A DNA stretch of 34,092 nucleotides, from the IMG/VR virus record IMGVR_UViG_3300034965_000059, positions 1 through 34,092 of that record; one strand, given 5' to 3'. Shown here one piece after another: positions 27,685 to 34,092 of this stretch (position 1 is the stretch's first letter; the number at the start of each line of letters is the position of its first letter). A program made the translations under genes and the position numbers. The notes under the pieces are model-generated. The model ran no database searches, was not told the origin of the DNA, and was given only the letters and a program-made list of their open reading frames with translations. Source of the DNA: a virus. Lineage: Duplodnaviria; Caudoviricetes.

Positions 27685-27863
27685 TAAATCCACTCTTGTG
27701 TCGAGTAATCGAAATACAGGTTTCGTATCAATGATCGGCATTCGGTTTGCTCAAGTTCGTTTCTCAAAAAGATCCGTTTGGAGTGGGAGAGTTGATCCAC
27801 TAGCTTGGCTACTTGTTCTACTGGTTCAGATTCAATCAGGTTTAAATATTCGTCTCTTGTCAT
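27684..27863 (-). CDS. Hypothetical protein (59 aa)
   Basis: ATG 27863 lies downstream of the minus-strand promoter. Confidence 0.6.
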   Translation of the reverse strand: MTRDEYLNLIESEPVEQVAKLVDQLSHSKRIFLRNELEQTECRSLIRNLYFDYSTQEWI

Positions 27864-27885
27864 TTTTATCTCGCTTTCTATATCC

Positions 27886-27914
27886 ATTATACCGTGCGGC
27901 ATAAGAAAAGTAAA
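27886..27914 (-). promoter_or_regulatory. Promoter of the leftward operon
   Basis: Minus strand TTTACT, 17-bp spacer, TATAAT. Confidence 0.65.
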
Positions 27915-28059
27915 GAAGTCAGTAAGGGTATTTTTCAACCGATTCTGTGTACAACTTATGCTGTTTAGTAAATCGATTCTGGTTAGTTTACATGCTTTTA
28001 CTTGTATGAATAGGTCGGGTATTGCAAGCTTTATTATTATGCGTTAATGATAGCTCATT

Positions 28060-28416
28060 ATGAAAAAGAACACTTGTAGGCGTGGTCATGAATATACAGA
28101 AGAAAATCTGATAACCCGAGTCCGAAATCTAGATGGAAGAATAGAGAGAATCTGCAAGGCATGTGAGGCTCTTAGAGGAAAAAAGAAGCATGATATTCGT
28201 TTAAAAAAAGCAGGCAAGAAACGAGGAGAATGGGCATCACAATTAATGGACTCAAGAAGAGAATATCTTGAATGGAGACAACAAAACGACATGCCATTGC
28301 TTTGCAACAACAATCATTCCTTAACAGTGGGGACCATTCAAATACATGGGTCCGTTATTTATTGTGCAATTTGTAAAAATGAAGCGATTGTAAATAAAAG
28401 AGCCAGGATGCCTTGA
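28060..28416 (+). CDS. Protein with two C-x3-H...CxxC Zn-binding modules
   Basis: CRRGHEYTEEN...RICKAC and CNNNH...YCAIC, a module seen on phage HNH proteins. Confidence 0.65.
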   Translation: MKKNTCRRGHEYTEENLITRVRNLDGRIERICKACEALRGKKKHDIRLKKAGKKRGEWASQLMDSRREYLEWRQQNDMPLLCNNNHSLTVGTIQIHGSVIYCAICKNEAIVNKRARMP

Positions 28417-28423
28417 TAAAATC

Positions 28424-28452
28424 TTGACAGAGCCTGGCTGAACATCTAAGTT
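28424..28452 (+). promoter_or_regulatory. Strong sigma70-like promoter
   Basis: TTGACA, 17-bp spacer, TAAGTT. The -35 lies inside the inverted repeat AGCCAGG/CCTGGCT (28401-07/28433-39). Confidence 0.65.
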
Positions 28453-28459
28453 TTGATTG

Positions 28460-28991
28460 CTTAATAAAAAAACCAGATGAGTCGTTTATTCCATAAAACA
28501 TCCCATCTAGTCAAACAAAAATCTTAAGCCGAGCATATTTGAGCCTCACTCGTAAACCAGGCAAATTTCTAGGGCTGGAAACGGTCCTCGTTACTTTGAA
28601 AGTGTTCAAGCTTGTGTGGGTTAGAATGGCCGAAGAAAGGCCTCCTCACGCTTAAAGGACCGCTCGTGCAATAGCAGGATGCGATCAAGTTGACGGGCAA
28701 GGGGCTAGAATGGTCTGGCGGCTTTCAGAGATGAAGGAATTTAATAGGGTCTGACAAGGCGAAAATTCTTCTCGAGGGTTCGTACTGAGTTTTTGAGTAA
28801 TCAAAGATTGAGTTCTTCCCTCGAGGATAGTCGAGTGAGTGACTGCCATAGGCAACGAAGCATCTTGAGATGCACTCTCTTAGGGAATAAAAGCGGAATC
28901 CCTAGGTAGGGGAATCGTATGATTTTGTCCCTTGCCGCCCGCCCTCCCCCATAGTACGCTACCATTTTAGTTTAACTTTAGAGGGAAGGGA
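28460..28991 (+). ncRNA. Candidate large structured RNA / leader
   Basis: About 580 bp with no ORF in the track. Many nested stems, GNRA tetraloops and long-range pairings. Confidence 0.55.
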
Positions 28992-28995
28992 CACC

Positions 28996-29229
28996 ATGAG
29001 ACCACGACACGAAATTGAGCAGGAATATACAAATATAGCCGCCCAATACGGCGACAAGCTATTCAAAGTCACAGTGCTTCAAAAGGAAATTGAGCAGCTT
29101 TTTATAAAGCTGGCCACCCTTAATCAAGAGGCTGCGAGCGCAAATAATGCAGCTCCTCAGGTGGATGTGTCGGTGGATATCCCAGTTATGGGCACTGATC
29201 CCGCTCAAGATGAGCACGAGATTCAGTAG
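28996..29229 (+). CDS. Small coiled-coil protein
   Basis: SD-like GAGGGAAGGGA, 77 aa. Confidence 0.7.
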   Translation: MRPRHEIEQEYTNIAAQYGDKLFKVTVLQKEIEQLFIKLATLNQEAASANNAAPQVDVSVDIPVMGTDPAQDEHEIQ

Positions 29230-29269
29230 GTGAAAGGATGTATTGCAATATTTTTTGGGTGTATTATAA

Positions 29270-29818
29270 ATGTCAGATATGACATCCAAAAAACTGAATG
29301 TGAGAATGAAAAGTGGAGAAGTAGAGATTCATTTTGAAAATGGTGATGTCGCTATGATCGATAGGGAAGATTTAGAACTTTTTGCTTCAATGCGTTGGTA
29401 TACAATCCAGGGCTATGGGCAAACTAAATATTTAAAAGCTAACATTATCAAAGAAAATGGAACTGATTCGACGATTGAATTTCATAGAATGATTATGAAA
29501 TCATCTATAGAAGGATTCGAAATTGATCATATTAATAGAAATGGTCTAGATAATAGAAAAGTAAATCTTAGATTAGTAACCCATCAAGAAAACCAAACTA
29601 ATAGGGCGAAAAATAGAAATTCTACGAGTAAATATTACGGTGTCTCATATGATAAGGAAAAAAAATCATGGGTTGCCCAAGCTCAGTGTAAGACAAATAA
29701 ATGCGGCAGAAAAACGTTGGGGTATTTTAAATCAGAAGAGGACGCAGCCAGATATAGAGAACAAAAGATACAAATGGAACCAAATATATATTCAGGTCAT
29801 AGGAATGGCACAGTATGA
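29270..29818 (+). CDS. HNH endonuclease with AP2 domain
   Basis: FHRMI, IDHINRNGLDNRKVNLR...EN..N, SKYYGVSY...W.AQ and LGYFKSEEDAA motifs. True start may be ATG 29279. Confidence 0.92.
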   Translation: MSDMTSKKLNVRMKSGEVEIHFENGDVAMIDREDLELFASMRWYTIQGYGQTKYLKANIIKENGTDSTIEFHRMIMKSSIEGFEIDHINRNGLDNRKVNLRLVTHQENQTNRAKNRNSTSKYYGVSYDKEKKSWVAQAQCKTNKCGRKTLGYFKSEEDAARYREQKIQMEPNIYSGHRNGTV

Positions 29819-31035
29819 TAGTAAGATGTGCTTATGATAAATTAGTTCCAATTTCTGAGCTCAAATTAAATAAAAATAATCGCAACATACACCCCAAGGA
29901 GCAAATAGAGCGCCTGGGCGGCATCCTGGCATTCCAAGGCTGGCGATATCCGGTCAAAGTATCCAAGCGTTCTGGAATGGTCGTCTCGGGTCATGGTCGA
30001 GTCGAAGCTGCTCTTTTTAATAAATGGGATACCGTTCCAGTCAATTTCCAAGATTATGATGACGCGGAGTCTGAGTATGCGGATTCAATTGCAGATAATG
30101 CAATAGCTTCGTGGTCAGAACTCGATCTTCTTAGCATTCAAATGGATGTTTCTGGACTTTCGACGAACTTCAAAGTCGATTTTTTAGGGATGAAAGATTT
30201 TTCGATTGTCGATCCAGAAAAGCTCGAGCCAGGATGTGACGAGGATGAGGTTCCTGAGCATGTAGAATCAAAAACAAAATTAGGTGATATCTATAAGCTC
30301 GGGAACCATAGGCTCATGTGTGGGGATTCAACGAGCATCGATGCTGTTGAGAAGCTAATGGCGGGTGAGAAAGCTGACATGGTGTTTACTGATCCGCCTT
30401 ATGGAATTGATATTGTTCAGGGATCCTCCGTCGGAGGATCAAAACCTTTTGGATCTGTTGGCGGAGGAAAGCTCTGTAAAGTCGGTAAGTATTCTCCAAT
30501 CATAGGTGACTCGACAACTCAAACTGCTATTGATTCATATAATTTGTGTGCAGGCTTAGGAATAGAAACATTAATTTTTTGGGGTGGGAATTACTACGCT
30601 TCAGCTTTACCTGATTCATCATGTTGGATCGTATGGGACAAAGAAAACACTGGTAACTTTGCTGACGCTGAACTTGCATGGACTAATAAAAAGACTGCGG
30701 TTCGAATATTCAAGCATATGTGGAATGGGATGATCAAGGCATCTGAGCATGGTTCAAAACGGGTCCATCCTACTCAAAAGCCCATCGTATTAGCCGAATG
30801 GTGTTTTGAAAATTCCGGCAATCCTAACACTGTTTTAGACCTCTTCGGCGGATCAGGATCCACCCTCATCGCCTGCGAAAAAACAAAGAGAAAATGTTTC
30901 ATGATGGAGTTGGATCCAAAATATTGCTCGGTGATCGTAGAAAGATGGTGTAAATATACCAATAAAGAGGCATATTTACTTAATGGAAATGGGACGCAGA
31001 CCGCGTGGTCAGAAATTAAGGCCATGGGCCAATGA
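29815..31035 (+). CDS. ParB-N domain / N6-N4 DNA methyltransferase fusion
   Basis: VVSGHGRVEAA (ParB-like), HRLMCGDST, DPPY, HPTQKP and LDLFGGSGSTL motifs. Confidence 0.93.
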   Translation: MIVRCAYDKLVPISELKLNKNNRNIHPKEQIERLGGILAFQGWRYPVKVSKRSGMVVSGHGRVEAALFNKWDTVPVNFQDYDDAESEYADSIADNAIASWSELDLLSIQMDVSGLSTNFKVDFLGMKDFSIVDPEKLEPGCDEDEVPEHVESKTKLGDIYKLGNHRLMCGDSTSIDAVEKLMAGEKADMVFTDPPYGIDIVQGSSVGGSKPFGSVGGGKLCKVGKYSPIIGDSTTQTAIDSYNLCAGLGIETLIFWGGNYYASALPDSSCWIVWDKENTGNFADAELAWTNKKTAVRIFKHMWNGMIKASEHGSKRVHPTQKPIVLAEWCFENSGNPNTVLDLFGGSGSTLIACEKTKRKCFMMELDPKYCSVIVERWCKYTNKEAYLLNGNGTQTAWSEIKAMGQ

Positions 31036-31522
31036 AAAGGTCTACAGATACCAACACACAGTCATTGAAAAGAAGTGTATCGAATGTTCAAAAATATTTA
31101 AAGCGATCAGAAGACTTAAGTCTATTTGCTCAGAAGAATGTAAAAGTAAGCGAAGGAAAATGTTCAGACCTCCAACGTTTAGGGAGTGTGAGCAATGCGG
31201 GCTATCCTTTGGGCCATTGGATCATCTCAAGCAAAGGTTCTGTAAATATGAGTGTAAGGTCAAAGCTCAAACTACCGGTCGCACGTGCACTAGAAAAACA
31301 ATTACAAAAGCTCGATCAGCTCAAAGTCTCCTTAGATATCACATTCAGGCCGGCAATATTGTTAGACCAGAAATATGTGAAAAATGTGGCATCAAAGGTA
31401 AAATTGAAGGAGCACATAGGGATTACGAAAGACCGCTTGATGTTCGGTGGCTTTGTCGCTCTTGTCACATACGATGGGATAAATCAAAACCAAAAGGCGT
31501 TACCTATCGAGTCGAACTGTAA
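30983..31522 (+). CDS. Zn-finger protein with C-terminal HNH-like domain
   Basis: Two CxxC...CxxEC modules, then CEKCG...AHRDYERPLDVRWLCRSCH. Confidence 0.8.
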   Translation: MEMGRRPRGQKLRPWANEKVYRYQHTVIEKKCIECSKIFKAIRRLKSICSEECKSKRRKMFRPPTFRECEQCGLSFGPLDHLKQRFCKYECKVKAQTTGRTCTRKTITKARSAQSLLRYHIQAGNIVRPEICEKCGIKGKIEGAHRDYERPLDVRWLCRSCHIRWDKSKPKGVTYRVEL

Positions 31523-31551
31523 ATATTCAGGAAAAAAATCCGAGGTGATCC

Positions 31552-31968
31552 ATGCAAGCACCTAAACGACGTCCAGGTCAACCGACGAAATATCGCGCTG
31601 ATTTTCACTGCGATGATTTTATCAGATTGTCAGAGCAGGGAAAGACGTTCGCTCAAATCGCTAAGGAATGGAAAGTGGATCGGGATAGCGTGCTAGAGTG
31701 GTCTAAAACACATAAAGAATTCTCCGGCGCTGTAAAAAGAGGGCGTCAAATTGCTGAAGCTTGGTACATGGATTTAGGGCAAGCAGCGATGATTGGGCAG
31801 GCTTCCATGAACGGTCAGAAAATAAATATAAATGTAGGAATGTTTTGTTGGATGACGAAAAATATGTTCCGTTGGACAGACCGCGTCGAAACCACACCAC
31901 AAATTGTGGAGCCAAAGCCAGAAAATCCTTGTAAACAAATGACGGACGATGAATTAGATAATGCGTAA
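31552..31968 (+). CDS. terS: Terminase small subunit
   Basis: GQPTKY N-terminus, HTH (FAQIAKEWKVDRDSVLEW...EFS.AVK) and MTKNMFRW. Confidence 0.75.
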   Translation: MQAPKRRPGQPTKYRADFHCDDFIRLSEQGKTFAQIAKEWKVDRDSVLEWSKTHKEFSGAVKRGRQIAEAWYMDLGQAAMIGQASMNGQKININVGMFCWMTKNMFRWTDRVETTPQIVEPKPENPCKQMTDDELDNA

Positions 31969-32383
31969 ACTCTTAACCATAAGGAGACGACAAATGGGAA
32001 CTATTACAGAACAACATGTCCATGATATTTTCGACAACGCAATTAATCAATTGAGATCCTTAAACCCACCTGCCAATGAATTATCATCTGTGAAAATGAA
32101 ACTCGATGAAGCCGAAGCTTTCACTAAAAAGAAATTGGTTGGCGAGTATCCTGATGATGAAAATGTGGCTAATCAAAATAAGGTTAAGCAGGATCAAATT
32201 GACGCCCAGAAGGCTCAAACTGCTGCTGATGAAGCTCAGCTACAAGGTGTAAAATCTCCACAGCAAGTTCAGAAGGAAAAGGAACAACAGGCCCAAGGAC
32301 TGTCTGGGCAGTCACCGACAAATCCAGACGATTTTGGCGACGACCAATCATCGCATGAAAAACATCTTAAAAAAAAGCATTAG
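31961..32383 (+). CDS. Hypothetical Gln-rich protein
   Basis: Likely start at ATG 31994 after AAGGAG. Confidence 0.65.
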   Translation: MRKLLTIRRRQMGTITEQHVHDIFDNAINQLRSLNPPANELSSVKMKLDEAEAFTKKKLVGEYPDDENVANQNKVKQDQIDAQKAQTAADEAQLQGVKSPQQVQKEKEQQAQGLSGQSPTNPDDFGDDQSSHEKHLKKKH

Positions 32384-32819
32384 AAAGATTTCGGAGTTTT
32401 GTCAGAGGTACTGCGCCCCGAGTAAAGAGGAGATAATTGACTCACTCGTGGCCGGTACCTCGGCTTTAGAACTGAAACAGGGAGAATTCGTGGAATTGGC
32501 TCCGCTGCCTGGGTGCAATGGACCTTTTGTTTTGTCCGGGAATTCCTTGCCTGTGTTTGAATACACGGTGTTTGAGAAAAGGATTATGGAGTTTGTGAGG
32601 GTTAAGGTGGAGTTATCCAGGCCATCACGTATTCAATTCACATCCACCATTCAATCCACCACAGCACCGGAGCGTCATGGTGAATCGATTCCGATGAGGC
32701 ACCCCTATAGGCAGCCATTTGATAGGTTGTCTCTTCATTTGTTCAGCTATTTCCCGCACTATGTTAGTCCTTCAAAGCGGCATGCGGATCCACAAACGAT
32801 CGGAACAAAAAGGGATTAG
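32334..32819 (+). CDS. Hypothetical protein
   Basis: Fills the operon gap. Start uncertain. Confidence 0.4.
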   Translation: MATTNHRMKNILKKSIRKISEFCQRYCAPSKEEIIDSLVAGTSALELKQGEFVELAPLPGCNGPFVLSGNSLPVFEYTVFEKRIMEFVRVKVELSRPSRIQFTSTIQSTTAPERHGESIPMRHPYRQPFDRLSLHLFSYFPHYVSPSKRHADPQTIGTKRD

Positions 32820-32822
32820 AAA

Positions 32823-33008
32823 ATGAGCTTAATTTCTCTGCTTGTTACTTTGATTTTGGTAGGGCTGCTGCTTTACGTGATCCAAACGCTTCTGCCCATT
32901 GACCCACGCATTAAGCAGATCATTTCTGTCCTTGTGGTTATTTTTCTAATCCTTTACGTGCTTCAGGGTTTTGGGATCTTGGGTGGCAGCAGACTAAGGA
33001 TAGATTGA
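32823..33008 (+). CDS. Two-TM small membrane protein (Thivi_2564-like)
   Basis: LISLLVTLILVGLLLYVI...PID..IKQII.VLVVIFLILY pattern. Confidence 0.72.
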   Translation: MSLISLLVTLILVGLLLYVIQTLLPIDPRIKQIISVLVVIFLILYVLQGFGILGGSRLRID

Positions 33009-33325
33009 TGTCGCTTCTTAAAAAGTTTAAAACCAAAGCAATAGTCCCAGATCTCAAGTTATATGTCGGCCGGGTGCTCACCATACCAGGTGAGCCCAAG
33101 CCTATTATGATTGAAACCGTACAAGGCAACCTGGGCATGAGCTTAGGACACGAGAATGCTAGGCCCACGTTCTATGAGATCAATGGTAAGTACCTAATCG
33201 GTATGCTGAGGTTCCACGCCCAAATGTGCGGTGACCATTCGATTACAGAGCAGCAATTCCTAGACTTTGAAAACATGGAGATGAGTGCAAAAAAAATGGA
33301 CCCAAAGGAAAAGAAAGAATCATGA
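33005..33325 (+). CDS. Hypothetical protein
   Basis: Overlap-coupled to both neighbours. Confidence 0.65.
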   Translation: MMSLLKKFKTKAIVPDLKLYVGRVLTIPGEPKPIMIETVQGNLGMSLGHENARPTFYEINGKYLIGMLRFHAQMCGDHSITEQQFLDFENMEMSAKKMDPKEKKES

Positions 33326-33603
33326 AGGCTGCAAAAGTTGAAGTTGAGAAGGCAGTTGGTCACCACATCCCGCAAGGATTATTTTTCAGCGGAATTGCGC
33401 GGTCTGTTGAGGCCTATGATAATCAAGGGTTTAGAAATTTCCGGGTGCTGACACTCCATATAAAAGACGGCATTGTTGAGGACATCAAGTATTCAGATCC
33501 TTACGCATCCTACGAAGCCATTGCCAGGTTAGAACTCTGGAATGAGCTCTCTGTTCATAATTTAAACAATAATTGGAAACCTGGTGCGACTTTATCCAAG
33601 TGA
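33322..33603 (+). CDS. Hypothetical protein
   Basis: ATGA overlap, 93 aa. Confidence 0.65.
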   Translation: MKAAKVEVEKAVGHHIPQGLFFSGIARSVEAYDNQGFRNFRVLTLHIKDGIVEDIKYSDPYASYEAIARLELWNELSVHNLNNNWKPGATLSK

Positions 33604-33609
33604 GGCATT

Positions 33610-33831
33610 ATGTGGGAAATACCAACTAGCGTTTTTCTTGTGTGCGTAACATTCCTTTTGAAATTAAGTTATGACAAACATATTATTGATGAAAAAAAAG
33701 CCTTATTTACAGAGGAAATGGCTGCAAGCATGACGGACATTTTCGAGAAGCATGAGAATTTGTCAGCTGATTTTTCTGAGGTGAGGAAAAGGGTTGATGT
33801 GCTGACTCTCAAGGCTGGGTTTAACTTATGA
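33610..33831 (+). CDS. Hypothetical membrane-anchored coiled-coil protein
   Basis: SD GAGG and a hydrophobic N-terminus. Confidence 0.6.
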   Translation: MWEIPTSVFLVCVTFLLKLSYDKHIIDEKKALFTEEMAASMTDIFEKHENLSADFSEVRKRVDVLTLKAGFNL

Positions 33832-34016
33832 ATGATGATCAGTTGAATCTTTTGAAGTACGCCTTGGATGACATCTTGCTCGATTCCTATAAAAAGGGAG
33901 TGATTGAACTCGGTGAAGCCCTGACCTACCAACTCGTTCTGGAGATGAAGGAACTGAATCAAACCCTGGAAGATATTGCATGGCCATCCCAAAGCAATTC
34001 ACGCGGGAAAACTTAA
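33828..34016 (+). CDS. Hypothetical protein overlapping the terL start on the circle
   Basis: ATGA overlap with the previous gene, 62 aa. Confidence 0.55.
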   Translation: MNDDQLNLLKYALDDILLDSYKKGVIELGEALTYQLVLEMKELNQTLEDIAWPSQSNSRGKT

Positions 34017-34092
34017 CCCGAGAGCGTTGGGAAAGGGGCAGGCTTAGTTACAAATTCCACGACGGACAGCGTAAGATCGAGGCAGCTTTTGC
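33966..34092. repeat. Terminal direct repeat, copy 2
   Basis: Identical to 1-127. Confidence 0.95.

Noticed and set aside
28720-28835. Group I intron (TTCAGAGA and GGATAGTC resemble the R/S elements)
   Set aside because: No P7 partner (GACTA) is present and there is no interrupted host gene.
29815-30150. Plasmid partition ParB
   Set aside because: It is the ParB-like N-domain commonly fused to phage methyltransferases. No ParA or parS is evident.
15-34016. Genome-wide TAG recoding
   Set aside because: Large genes are intact under code 11 and several end sensibly at TAG. Only one internal amber was found and no suppressor tRNA was seen.
33966-34092. Biological terminal repeat
   Set aside because: It is exactly 127 bp and cuts through genes, consistent with k-mer overlap of a circular contig.

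Overview
This looks like a complete ~33,965-bp circular or circularly permuted tailed phage genome. Bases 1-127 are identical to 33966-34092, probably an assembler overlap. The virion module is podovirus-like: terL, portal, scaffold, MCP, fibre, adaptor, nozzle and ejection proteins, with no tape measure, tail tube or sheath. It is followed by a lysis cassette (M15 peptidase, holin-like and spanin-like genes). Replication looks plasmid-type: a RepA_C-like initiator followed by 2 DnaA boxes and 4 iterons, and preceded by a probable counter-transcribed RNA. I could not recognise an integrase, so this is a candidate phage-plasmid. Accessory genes include RecE/RecT, several HNH and Zn-finger proteins, a ParB-MTase fusion and terS. 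The most unusual non-coding elements are (1) an apparently complete IS200/IS605 TnpB-type reRNA (omega RNA) scaffold plus guide with its own promoter but no tnpB in the genome, (2) a ~500-nt highly structured RNA behind a strong promoter, and (3) an attenuator-like leader before recET. All calls come from manual motif recognition; no searches or folding programs were run.
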